Source of the DNA: Polyangiales bacterium
GTDB taxonomy: Bacteria > Myxococcota_A > Polyangia > Polyangiales > Polyangiaceae
Direction of reading: 5' to 3'
DNA length: 64,000 nucleotides
Assembly (NCBI GenBank): GCA_038231275.1
Contig: JBBRLQ010000002.1
Coordinates: forward strand, 448,001-512,000
Positions 9,783 through 19,229 of this stretch are shown here, one piece after another (positions within the stretch are counted from its first letter, which is position 1; every line of letters begins with the position of its first letter). The position numbers and the translations under genes are program-made. Below the pieces are notes generated by a model. The model was not told the origin of the DNA and searched no databases. It worked only from the letters and a program-made list of their open reading frames with translations.

Positions 9783-11588
9783 CTAGAACCACGCGTCCTG
9801 CATGCGCGCGAACGAGTCGTCGTTCGAGCGGCAGAGGGCGGCGAGCTCGTGGACGCGCGGGAGCTCCGTCGCGATCCAGTATTGCGCGGCGCAGAGCTTG
9901 CCCTCGTAGAAGGCGGCGTCGGCGGGGGTGCTCTTCGCGAGGGCCTCCTTCGCCACTGTCGCCTGCCAGAGCCAAATCCACGCGACGAGGAGGATCGAGA
10001 ACAGCATGAGAAAATGTGTGCTGTGGCGCATCATCCCGTCGACGTCGCCGCCCATGCCGAGCCCGCCGAGGTGCGCGACGAGCGCGCCGGTCTCCTGCGC
10101 CGCCGTGCGCAGCCGCTCGATCCAGACCGCGTCGACGCCCGCCGTGCTCGCGCGCGCGCACGTGCGTTCGATCTCTTCGAGCAGAATGCGGAGCGGCTCG
10201 CCGCCTTGCGCGACGACCTTGCGGCCGAGGAGATCCATTCCGTGGATGCCGGTGGTGCCCTCGTGGATCGTGTTGAGCTTCTGATCGCGGAGCCACGACT
10301 CGGGGAGCTGCTCGCTCGAGTAGCCGTAGCCGCCGTGAATCTGTAGCGCGAGGGCGTTCGACTCGAAGCCCCACTCGGCGGGGAACGATTTCGCGACAGG
10401 CGTGAGGAGATCGAGGAAGAGGCTCGCGCGGCGACGTTCGGCGGCGTCGTGGAGGTGTGCGGCCAAATCGGCCTGTTTTGCCGTAAATCCGACGAGCGCA
10501 AGGCCGCCCTCGCAGATCGCCTTCTGGCGCAGCAACATTCGCCGCACGTCGGCGTGCTCGACGATCGCGACCTGCGGACGCGCCGGATCCTTGGACATCA
10601 GCGGTCGCCCTTGCGGTCGCATGCGCGCGTAGGCGAGCGCCTCGTGGTAGGCGACGGTCGCCGTGGCGACGCCGTTGAGGCCGACCATGATGCGCGCCTC
10701 GTTCATCATCTGGAACATGTACGAGATGCCCTTGTTCGGCTCGCCGACCAGCCAGCCGCGGCAGTCGCCCGCATCGCCGAACGCGAGCGCGAGGCTGGGG
10801 AGGCCACGCCAGCCGATCTTGTGGATGAGACCGGTCACGTGCACGTCGTTCGGGACGAGCGCGCCGTTCTCCTCGCGCAGCTTCGGCACCGCGAAGAGGC
10901 TCACGCCCCTGATACCTGCGGGCGCTCCATCGAGCCGCGCGAGCGCCATGTGGAGGATGTTGGGTGTCAAATCGTGATCGCCGCCCGAGATGAAGATCTT
11001 CGCGCCGCGGATTGCGTACGTGCCATCGTCGCGTGGCGTGGCGCGCGTGGCGACGTCGGTGAGGCTGCTCCCCGCCTGAGGCTCGGTCAGCGCCATCGTG
11101 CCGGTGAGCTCGCCGGCGTAGAGGCGCGTCATCCACGTCTCCTTGAGGCGCGCGTCGGCGAACGCCTCGATCAAATGCGCGGCGCCGGTCGTGAGGCCCG
11201 CGAAGGCGCACGCGCTGAGGTTCGCCGCCATGAGGTACGCGTTCGCCATCGTCGCGACGGTGAGCGGAAGGTTCGCGCCGCCGACTTCGACGGGGCGCGT
11301 CGCGGCCACGACGCCGAGGCCGACCATCTGGCGCCAGATCTCTTTCATACGTGGATGGGTAACGACGCCGCCACCCGCGAGGCGCGCGGGTACCTCATCC
11401 ATCGGCCGGTACGCGGGGTAGAGCACGTCGCGCGAGAACCGCCGCGCCTCCTGGATGTACGGATCGAACGAGTCGCGTCCGTGCTCGCGAAACGCGGGGA
11501 GCTTGCACAGCTCCTCGGCGACGAGCATCTCGTAGAGAACGAACTCGACGTCGCGATCGGAGAGGAGGGGGTTGTCGCTCGCGGCCAT
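9783..11588 (-). CDS. Acyl-CoA dehydrogenase
   Basis: TMALTEPQAGS, KIFISGGDHD, QIHGGYGY, IHEGT motifs. Confidence 0.95.
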   Translation of the reverse strand: MAASDNPLLSDRDVEFVLYEMLVAEELCKLPAFREHGRDSFDPYIQEARRFSRDVLYPAYRPMDEVPARLAGGGVVTHPRMKEIWRQMVGLGVVAATRPVEVGGANLPLTVATMANAYLMAANLSACAFAGLTTGAAHLIEAFADARLKETWMTRLYAGELTGTMALTEPQAGSSLTDVATRATPRDDGTYAIRGAKIFISGGDHDLTPNILHMALARLDGAPAGIRGVSLFAVPKLREENGALVPNDVHVTGLIHKIGWRGLPSLALAFGDAGDCRGWLVGEPNKGISYMFQMMNEARIMVGLNGVATATVAYHEALAYARMRPQGRPLMSKDPARPQVAIVEHADVRRMLLRQKAICEGGLALVGFTAKQADLAAHLHDAAERRRASLFLDLLTPVAKSFPAEWGFESNALALQIHGGYGYSSEQLPESWLRDQKLNTIHEGTTGIHGMDLLGRKVVAQGGEPLRILLEEIERTCARASTAGVDAVWIERLRTAAQETGALVAHLGGLGMGGDVDGMMRHSTHFLMLFSILLVAWIWLWQATVAKEALAKSTPADAAFYEGKLCAAQYWIATELPRVHELAALCRSNDDSFARMQDAWF

Positions 11589-11610
11589 GCGCCGGTGCTA
11601 GCATGAGGCC

Positions 11611-12621
11611 ATGGTTTCGCGTGAAATCTCCCGTCGCCGGCTGATCTCCGGCAGCGCGGCGGTCGCGGCGATGGCCGCATGCTCGCGCGAGGAGCCCGAC
11701 GCATCACGCGCACGCGCTTCGTCCCCGCATTCCTCCCCTTCCCCCAACGGTTCCTTCAACGGCTCTCCGAGCGGCGCACGCGAACGCGAGGTGAAGGACC
11801 GCTTCGACGGCCAGCCCACCACCGACGGCGCCGGCGTGAAGCTCACGCGCATGCTCGGCTCGCGCGCGCTGCCGATGCTCGATCCGTTCTTGATGCTGGA
11901 CGAATTCCACTCCGACAAAGCCGACGACTACATCCGCGGGTTCCCGAGCCACCCGCACCGCGGCTTCGAGACGGTCACGTACATGCTCCACGGCGCGATG
12001 GAGCACAAAGACAGCCTCGGCAACCAGGGTCGGCTCAGCGCCGGGAGCACGCAGTGGATGACGGCGGGCCACGGCATCGTGCACTCCGAGATGCCGAAGC
12101 AAGAGAACGGGCTCATGTGGGGCTTCCAGCTGTGGGTGAACCTCCCGGCGGCGAAGAAGCTGACGAAGCCGCGCTACCAGGATCTCGCGCCGCAGACGAT
12201 CACGGAGCTCGAGATCGACGACGCGCACGTGCGCCTCGTCGCCGGCGAAGCGCACGGCAAACGCGGGCCGGTCGATGGCATCGTGACCGATCCGCAGATG
12301 CTCGACGTCGCGATCGCCAAGCGCGGCGGCTTCACGCACGCGATTCCGGCGTCGCACAACGCGTTCGCGCTCGTCTTCGAGGGCGCGGTGACGCTCGGCA
12401 CGTCACGAACGCGCGTCGCGGCCGGACAGATCGCGGTCCTCGGCCCTGGTGATCGCGTCACGGCGCGCTCCGAGGAGGGCGGCCGGATGTTGCTGCTCGC
12501 GGGGCGTCCTCTCGGCGAGCCAGTCGCGCGGTACGGGCCCTTCGTGATGAACACCGACGAAGAGCTCAAGCAGGCCGTGTCCGACTACCACTCTGGGCGG
12601 CTGACGGTGTGGGACGGCTGA
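11611..12621 (+). CDS. Pirin family protein with N-terminal Tat/lipoprotein-like extension
   Basis: DPFLMLDEF, HPHRGFETVTY, GIVHSE, GPFVMNT. N-terminus SRRRLISGSAAVAAMAAC. Confidence 0.92.
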   Translation: MVSREISRRRLISGSAAVAAMAACSREEPDASRARASSPHSSPSPNGSFNGSPSGAREREVKDRFDGQPTTDGAGVKLTRMLGSRALPMLDPFLMLDEFHSDKADDYIRGFPSHPHRGFETVTYMLHGAMEHKDSLGNQGRLSAGSTQWMTAGHGIVHSEMPKQENGLMWGFQLWVNLPAAKKLTKPRYQDLAPQTITELEIDDAHVRLVAGEAHGKRGPVDGIVTDPQMLDVAIAKRGGFTHAIPASHNAFALVFEGAVTLGTSRTRVAAGQIAVLGPGDRVTARSEEGGRMLLLAGRPLGEPVARYGPFVMNTDEELKQAVSDYHSGRLTVWDG

Positions 12622-12764
12622 GGGATCGGCGCGGGGTTGCCAGGTCTGGGGCCCTGGGACTCTCGCGCCCATCGAACCTTGCGCTACGCGGACTTTTTTT
12701 TCCGTGCGCCCTGACGCACCTCCCGCGACACACGGCACCCCAGGAGCAGGTAGGATGCGCGTTG

Positions 12765-15323
12765 GTGCTTCGCCCCGGGGACATCGTCGAGCGGTACGAG
12801 ATCGTGGAGCTTCTCGGAAAGGGAGGCATGGGCGAGGTGTACCGAGCGCACGACAAGCGCCTGCAGCGCGACGTGGCGCTCAAGATCCTGCGCGCCGCGG
12901 CGACCGCGACGGGGTCGGACGGCTCCGATGGAGCGACGATCGGCGGGGCGCGCATGCTCCGGGAGGCCCGCGCCGTCGCGCTCCTCGAGCACCCCAACGT
13001 CGTCGCGGTCTACGACGTCGGCGAGGTGGAGAAGCCCGAAGAGCTGAAGGGCATGACGTACCTCGCGATGGAGCTCGTCAAGGGGCGCCCCTTGCGCGAG
13101 TTTCTGGGGGAAAACTGGTCCATTCCGATCGCGCAGCGCATCCGATGGCTCACCGACGCCGCACGCGCGCTCGCGGCGGCCCACGCGCGCGGCCTCGTGC
13201 ACCGCGACGTCAAGCCCGAGAACATCATGATCCGCGAGGACGGCGTCGTGAAGGTCCTCGACTTCGGGATCGCCAAGCGCACGCACACCTCCCTCGATCC
13301 GACCGCCTCCACGGGGCAGGGACAGATCCTGCCGACTTTGAGCACGCAAGGCTTCATCGTCGGGACCCCGCACTACATGGCGCCGGAGCAGATGCGCGGC
13401 GAGACGATCGACGGGCGGGCCGACCAGTTCTCGTGGGGCGTCGTCGCGTACGAGCTGCTGTGCAACCGCGTCCCGTGGCACCCCGAAGGAGGCGACACTC
13501 TGCAGCTCGTCGCGCAAGTGCTCACCATGGATGCCGAGCCGCTCGTCCTGCAAAACCCCGAGGTCCCGCCGCCAATCGCGGCGGTCGTGATGCGCGCGCT
13601 CCACAAGGCGCGCGGCGAGCGCTTCGCGTCAATGGACGACCTCGTCGCCGCGCTCGAGGGAAAGGCGGCCCCAAGCGCCGCGCCGTCGGGAGCCGGTGAG
13701 GCGTCGACGGCTCCGCCCCCGAAGCGGAGCGACGCGGCTCCGGGACTCAGGCGCGCCGCCGCGTGGATCGCGGCAGGCGCCGTCGCGGCGGCGATCCTCG
13801 CTGCGGTGACCCTGCGTTCTTCGCCGAAGCCGGCACCCAACGGGACGCCTGCGCCGGCCGGGAGCTCCGCCGCCGATCCGGCGCGCTGCACGTCGAGCCG
13901 CGCGTGCAGCGACGCGCACAGCGGGGCCGCGTACCGCTGCCGGCGCGACGACGGAAGGTGCGTCGCACTCGCCTCCCCCGACTGCAAAGTGTTCGCGGAC
14001 GCGCGCGACCTCGAGAACGACGACACTGTGTGGTTCGGCAGCCTGTATCCGTTGACCGGCCCGGACGCCGCCGCGTTCGGCATCGTCGAGGCGCAAGCGG
14101 TTGAGCTCGCGCGGCAGGACTTCGCGCAAACGATGGGCAGCTTCGCCGCGACCAAACAAGGCACCGTTCATCCCCTCGGCCTCGTCTCGTGCGACGACGC
14201 GGCAGACGCGGCCCGCGCGGCGCGTCATCTCGACGACGTCGGCGTGCCTGGCGTCATCGGCTTTCGCTCCAGCGCCGAGGCCGTCGAGCTCGCCACCACG
14301 ACGTTCTTGCCGAAGGGCGTCATGACGGTGGTCGCGCTCAACACGAGCTCGCAGATCGCCAGCATCCCGCAGCCCCTAGGGCCGCGCCTCGTCTGGCGAA
14401 CCACCTACAACATCTCGGAGACGGCCGTTCCGCTCAGCGTGCTCGTCTCCACCGTCCTCGAGCCGCGCCTCAAGGCCGCGGGCGTGCCCGGCCCCGTGCG
14501 CGTGGCGCTCGTCCGCCCGAAGAACGCCGGTGCCCTCGGCTTCTCGAGCAAGCTCTTCGACACGCTCGCGTTCAACGGCAAGACGGCGCTCGAGAACGGC
14601 TCGGACTACCGCGAGCTCGTGTGGAACGACGGCGAGAATCAGGCCGAGAGCCTCGCGGAGGTCGCCACGGGCCTCGGCGCGTTCGCTCCGCACATCATCG
14701 TCTTTCAGGGAGACGATCGCCTCGTCAAGCTCGCCTTCGAGCCGCTCGAGGCGAGCTGGCCTGCGTCGCGGCCGTTCCGCCCGACGTACGTGACGATGAC
14801 CGTGCTCACCCCCGAGGTCTTTCGCTTCGTCGGGACCGACGGGGCGCGGCGCCGTCGCTTCTTCGGCCTCACCCCGGTCTCGACGACGCCGGTGAACGCA
14901 CGCTTCGTGATGCACTACAACGAGGTCTACAAGGAGCGGATCACCCGCACGGTGTCGCCGAACTCGTCGTACGACGCCTTCTACCTGCTCGCGTACGCGA
15001 CGTACGCGCTCGGCGACAAGCCGGTCACCGGCACGAGCCTCTCCGCTGCGGTGAGCCGCCTCGTCCCTCCCGGAAAGCCCGTCGAGGTAGGACCTACGCG
15101 CATCTTCGAAGCCTTTTCGGCGCTCCGCGGTGGGGGGAACATCGACCTCACCGGCGCCATGAGCAAGCTCGATTTCGATCTCGCGACGGGGGAGTCCCCG
15201 GTGGACCATGCGCTCTTGTGCGTCAACGTGGACGAAGGAAAGCGCGCCTTCGACAGCGTCGAGTCCGGTCTCGTCTACGTCGCGTCGACGGGCAAGCTCG
15301 AGGGCACGATGCGCTGCCCGTGA
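12765..15323 (+). CDS. Membrane Ser/Thr protein kinase with extracytoplasmic type-1 periplasmic-binding (LIV-like) domain
   Basis: GKGGMGEVY, VALK, HRDVKPEN, DFG, APE. Then a TM helix, a Cys-rich linker and a GSLYPLTG...YDAFYLLAYA PBP1 fold. Start codon approximate. Confidence 0.9.
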   Translation: MLRPGDIVERYEIVELLGKGGMGEVYRAHDKRLQRDVALKILRAAATATGSDGSDGATIGGARMLREARAVALLEHPNVVAVYDVGEVEKPEELKGMTYLAMELVKGRPLREFLGENWSIPIAQRIRWLTDAARALAAAHARGLVHRDVKPENIMIREDGVVKVLDFGIAKRTHTSLDPTASTGQGQILPTLSTQGFIVGTPHYMAPEQMRGETIDGRADQFSWGVVAYELLCNRVPWHPEGGDTLQLVAQVLTMDAEPLVLQNPEVPPPIAAVVMRALHKARGERFASMDDLVAALEGKAAPSAAPSGAGEASTAPPPKRSDAAPGLRRAAAWIAAGAVAAAILAAVTLRSSPKPAPNGTPAPAGSSAADPARCTSSRACSDAHSGAAYRCRRDDGRCVALASPDCKVFADARDLENDDTVWFGSLYPLTGPDAAAFGIVEAQAVELARQDFAQTMGSFAATKQGTVHPLGLVSCDDAADAARAARHLDDVGVPGVIGFRSSAEAVELATTTFLPKGVMTVVALNTSSQIASIPQPLGPRLVWRTTYNISETAVPLSVLVSTVLEPRLKAAGVPGPVRVALVRPKNAGALGFSSKLFDTLAFNGKTALENGSDYRELVWNDGENQAESLAEVATGLGAFAPHIIVFQGDDRLVKLAFEPLEASWPASRPFRPTYVTMTVLTPEVFRFVGTDGARRRRFFGLTPVSTTPVNARFVMHYNEVYKERITRTVSPNSSYDAFYLLAYATYALGDKPVTGTSLSAAVSRLVPPGKPVEVGPTRIFEAFSALRGGGNIDLTGAMSKLDFDLATGESPVDHALLCVNVDEGKRAFDSVESGLVYVASTGKLEGTMRCP

Positions 15324-15327
15324 GCGC

Positions 15328-15549
15328 TCAGCGACTGCGCAGAGGCGCGGTTCCGGTCATCTCTCGACAGCACTCTGGGCAGCAATATTGGCCGCGGACG
15401 GCCCCGTCCGGTTGAGGAACGACACGCAGGCGCCAGCCGTACGCTGCGAGCGTGCCTGCGGTCCGCGTCTCCGGTGCGTCGATGTGGCACAGGAAGCACT
15501 CTCGGCGGCGGCCCTCGGTCTTTTTTGGTGCAGGGGGCTCGTTCGGCAT
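15328..15549 (-). CDS. Small putative zinc-finger protein (73 aa)
   Basis: 3' end of ORF 15328..16455: MPNEPP...CFLC...GW...CCPECC. AGAGGA lies 11 nt upstream of the ATG. It fills the gap between the kinase and the peroxiredoxin. Confidence 0.6.
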   Translation of the reverse strand: MPNEPPAPKKTEGRRRECFLCHIDAPETRTAGTLAAYGWRLRVVPQPDGAVRGQYCCPECCREMTGTAPLRSR

Positions 15550-15626
15550 GGTCGTCCGCGTCCTCTTGAAAAAGAAGGTGCGACCCCTAGAACGGACGCC
15601 CGCGGGCCCGCGATAGAGCGAAAGAG

Positions 15627-16181
15627 CTACTCCAGCCGTGCCGCCGCCGCCAAGACCTCCTCCGCGTGCACCGCCGGGTCCACCGACGGCCACACCTTGG
15701 CGATCTTCCCCTGCTTGTCGACGAGGAACGTCACGCGATCGTAGCCCCATAGCTTCTTCGACACGCCGTACGCCGCGCCCACGTTGCCCTGCTCGTCCGA
15801 CGCGAGCGGGAACGGCAGGTGCTCCTCGGCGCGGAACGATTTGTGGCTCGCGAGCGAGTTCGACGACACGCCGATGACGCTGACCTTCGCGGCCTCGAAC
15901 TTCGCCCACGTGTCGCGGAACGCGCACGCTTCCTTCGTGCAGCCGGGCGTGCCGTCTGCCGGATAGAAGTAGACGACGACCGCGTGGCCGCGCATCGACG
16001 AGAGGCGCACCTCGGCGTCGGCGCCGTCGTGCGCGGCGACGTCGGGGGCAGACGCGCCTACTGGCAGCAGCCCCTCGCCCCCGTCGGGCCGTTTGGCCGG
16101 ACCGCCGCAGCCGACGAAATAGATGGCCCCCGCGAGGACCAACCCGAAAATCCCAAGCAGCGAACGGCGGCGAACGGACAT
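15627..16181 (-). CDS. Peroxiredoxin, BCP/PrxQ subfamily, with signal/lipoprotein-like N-terminus
   Basis: YFYPADGTPGCTKEACAFRD, RVTFLVDKQG. Confidence 0.92.
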   Translation of the reverse strand: MSVRRRSLLGIFGLVLAGAIYFVGCGGPAKRPDGGEGLLPVGASAPDVAAHDGADAEVRLSSMRGHAVVVYFYPADGTPGCTKEACAFRDTWAKFEAAKVSVIGVSSNSLASHKSFRAEEHLPFPLASDEQGNVGAAYGVSKKLWGYDRVTFLVDKQGKIAKVWPSVDPAVHAEEVLAAAARLE

Positions 16182-16235
16182 CGCCTCGAGGATACGCGCG
16201 ACCGCGACATGCGGTTGCCTCGCGCGCGAAGAAAA

Positions 16236-19163
16236 TTACCCGAGCAGCCCGAGCAGCTCGTCCTTGGTGATGCCGCCGGCGTGGTTCGCGTCGCCGAGCG
16301 CGACGTCGGCGAGCGCCCGCTTCTTGCCCTGGAGCTGGAAGATGCGCTCCTCGACGGTGTCCTTCGCCACCATCCGGTACACCATCACGGGCCGATCTTG
16401 CCCGATGCGGTGCGCGCGGTCGGCGGCTTGGTCCTCGACCGCCGGATTCCACCACGGATCGAGCAAGAAGACGTGATCGGCCGCGGTCAGGTTCAAGCCC
16501 GTGCCTCCCGCCTTGAGCGAGACCAGCATGACGGGCGGGCCGTCGTCCCTCTGGAAATCGGCGACGACGGCGCCGCGATCCTTCGTCGAGCCGTCGAGGC
16601 GCGTGAACGCGATATTTGCATTATGCAAGTGAGGCTCGACGAGATCGAGGAGGCTCGTCCACTGCGAGAAGACGAGCGCCTTGTGGCCTTCGGCGACGAG
16701 CTCGCCCAGCGCCTCGAGCAGGCGCTCGATCTTCGACGACGTCTCTCCTTCTTGGCCCGGCACGAGCTTCGAGTGGCACGCCGCCTGGCGCAGGCGGAGG
16801 AGCGCCTCCAAGACCGCGAGGACTCCGCCGCCGCCACCACCTGCGGCGAGCTTCTCGATCACGTCCTTGTGGGTCGCGACGCGGACGGCGTCGTAGACGG
16901 CGCGCTCGCGCTCGTCGAGCTCGACGTGGAGGACCTGATCGGTGCGCGGCGGGAGCTCGGGGAGGACGTCCTTCTTCATGCGGCGGAGGACGAACGGGCG
17001 GATCTTCGCGCGAAGGCGCGACGCGGCGTTGGGATCGCCCGCCGCGATCTGCGACACGTAGCGCGCCTGGAAATCGCTGCGACCGCCGAGGAGGCCGGGG
17101 TTCGCGAAGTGCATGACGCTCCACAGCTCCTCGAGGCGATTCTCGACGGGCGTGCCGCTGAGGGCGACCTTGAATTTCCCCTGCAGCTCGAACGCCGCGC
17201 GCGCCGTCTGGCTGCTCTCGTTCTTGATCGCCTGCGCTTCGTCGAGCACGACGACGTCCCACGGCTCGGAGGCGAGGACGTCGACGTCAAGGCGGAGGAC
17301 CGCGTACGTCGTGAGCGTGACGTCGGCGTCGTGATCGAGCTCGCGCTTGTTGCCGTGGTAGATGGCGGCGCGAAGGCTCGGGCGGAAGCGCGCGATCTCG
17401 TCGACCCAGTTGTAGACGACGCTCTTCGGGCACACGACCAGCGTGCGGCCGCGCAGCGCGCAGATGGTCTGGAGGGTCTTGCCGAGACCCATGTCGTCGG
17501 CGAGGACCGCGCCGAGCTCGGCGCCGCGAAGGAACGTGAGCCAGTCGACGCCGATCTCCTGGTAGCCGCGGAGTGTGGCGTTGATACCTGGCGGGAGCTC
17601 GGCGTGCGGGATGCCCTCGAAGCCGTCGATGAGCGGCGCGAGCTTGTCGGCGATGAGCGGGCGCGGCGCGTCGAGATCCTCGCACAGCGACGCGAGCGCA
17701 GGGAGAGCAGCGCGCGCGAGCTTCTTGTCGGGATCGCGCGCGGCGAGAAGATCGGCGACTTTGTGGCCGTGCTGCGCGAGCCAATCCGCGGGGAGCGGCG
17801 CCCAGCCTCCGCCATCGAGGGGCACCAGGTCGAGTCCGTCCTGCCACGCACGGATGACCGCGACGGCGTCGGCGCGGCGCGACGGGGCGGCGTTCTCCTC
17901 GTCGCCGGTATCCAGCTCGAAGACGACGTCGAACGACTCGCCGGTCGTGTCGAGGCGCGCGCGCAAGGGTCGCTCGTCGACGACAGATCCCTTGTCGTGA
18001 TCCCCGGAGCGCGTCTGCCAGTCGCGGAGCTTGGCGGCGAAGCGGATCGCCTCGGCGCCGTCGAGATCGACGCGGCGGCCGGGGACGAGGTTCAGCTCGT
18101 CGCGCAGCTTTCGCAAGAGCTCGCGCTCCACCTCGCGCTTGCGCACCGGCACGTCACGCCCGAGCGTCGTCACCACGTCCCCGTCGACGCGCGCGATCGG
18201 CGGATCGCCGTACACCAGCGACGGCAGCACAGACAGGGTGTGCCCCTTGTGCGAGAGATCCATCGCGATGCGCGGGCGCGCGTCGGTGGCCTTCTTGGGG
18301 AGGCGCTTGGCGGTGACGAGGACCTGGATCTTCTTCTCGAGCTCCGGCAGCACCTTCGTGACGAGCTCCGTCTCCTCGTGCTTCGCGAACGTACGCGAGA
18401 GCGGGAGGCGCTCGAGGAACTCGCCGGTCGTGCCGGTCTCGCCGAGGGGATGGATCGTGTCGCCGCAGCGCGCGACGCCCATCGCGATGACCTGCGTGAC
18501 GCGCGGATCTTTCTCCATGCGCAGGACCACGCCGCCCGGCGCGTCCTCGAGGATCGCGCGCGGGAGGATCGGCTCGGAGGAGACGGTCACGCGCGCCCCG
18601 TCGAACGTCACTTCGGCGCCGTGCGACAGCGCCTCGAGCACGTCGCCGACGCGCCCGAGGGGCATGACCTCGCGCGGCGGATTTCCGAGGATGCGATCGA
18701 TCTTCACGTCCTCGTGCGTCGGCGTGAACTCCTGGAGCTTGCCGCGCGCGAGATCCGCGGTGAGCGAGCCGACGCGCGCCTCGCGGCCGTCGGGGTGGAT
18801 GAGCGCGCGCACGATCGAGAGCGTGCGATCCTTCTTCGCGAGGCGGTACACGAGGCGCGGCGGCGCGACGGCCGCGTCGGCAGCTTCGGCGGTGGCCGCG
18901 GACGCGACGGTCCCCTGCGTCGCCGCGATCGTCGCGGCCGCCACGTGCGCGCACGGGTCGACCTTGCCGCCGCAGTCGCACGACCACTCCGCGTCCTCCA
19001 TGAAGAGCGTCACCGTCGGCGCCACCGCGTGCCCGGGCGCGCGCACGCGGAAGGTCGACGCGTCGCCCCCTGGAACAACGCTCCCCTCGCGCGCGAGCTT
19101 CACCCCCAGCGACCACACGCCGGGCAAGGTGGCTTTGCGTACGACTTCCAGGAAGGGCTGCAT
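16236..19163 (-). CDS. SNF2-family helicase with N-terminal SWIM zinc finger
   Basis: [52 protein letters not shown]. Confidence 0.95.
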   Translation of the reverse strand: MQPFLEVVRKATLPGVWSLGVKLAREGSVVPGGDASTFRVRAPGHAVAPTVTLFMEDAEWSCDCGGKVDPCAHVAAATIAATQGTVASAATAEAADAAVAPPRLVYRLAKKDRTLSIVRALIHPDGREARVGSLTADLARGKLQEFTPTHEDVKIDRILGNPPREVMPLGRVGDVLEALSHGAEVTFDGARVTVSSEPILPRAILEDAPGGVVLRMEKDPRVTQVIAMGVARCGDTIHPLGETGTTGEFLERLPLSRTFAKHEETELVTKVLPELEKKIQVLVTAKRLPKKATDARPRIAMDLSHKGHTLSVLPSLVYGDPPIARVDGDVVTTLGRDVPVRKREVERELLRKLRDELNLVPGRRVDLDGAEAIRFAAKLRDWQTRSGDHDKGSVVDERPLRARLDTTGESFDVVFELDTGDEENAAPSRRADAVAVIRAWQDGLDLVPLDGGGWAPLPADWLAQHGHKVADLLAARDPDKKLARAALPALASLCEDLDAPRPLIADKLAPLIDGFEGIPHAELPPGINATLRGYQEIGVDWLTFLRGAELGAVLADDMGLGKTLQTICALRGRTLVVCPKSVVYNWVDEIARFRPSLRAAIYHGNKRELDHDADVTLTTYAVLRLDVDVLASEPWDVVVLDEAQAIKNESSQTARAAFELQGKFKVALSGTPVENRLEELWSVMHFANPGLLGGRSDFQARYVSQIAAGDPNAASRLRAKIRPFVLRRMKKDVLPELPPRTDQVLHVELDERERAVYDAVRVATHKDVIEKLAAGGGGGGVLAVLEALLRLRQAACHSKLVPGQEGETSSKIERLLEALGELVAEGHKALVFSQWTSLLDLVEPHLHNANIAFTRLDGSTKDRGAVVADFQRDDGPPVMLVSLKAGGTGLNLTAADHVFLLDPWWNPAVEDQAADRAHRIGQDRPVMVYRMVAKDTVEERIFQLQGKKRALADVALGDANHAGGITKDELLGLLG

Positions 19164-19229
19164 CGAAGCAGGTCTATTTACCACGTGCTCGAAAAGCAGA
19201 CGCGCATGGACTAAAGGACGCGCCTAGAG

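Noticed and set aside
15819..19214. 1131-aa plus-strand ORF
   Set aside because: Antisense shadow of the SNF2 gene. Arg-rich with no motifs, and long open frames are expected at this GC content.
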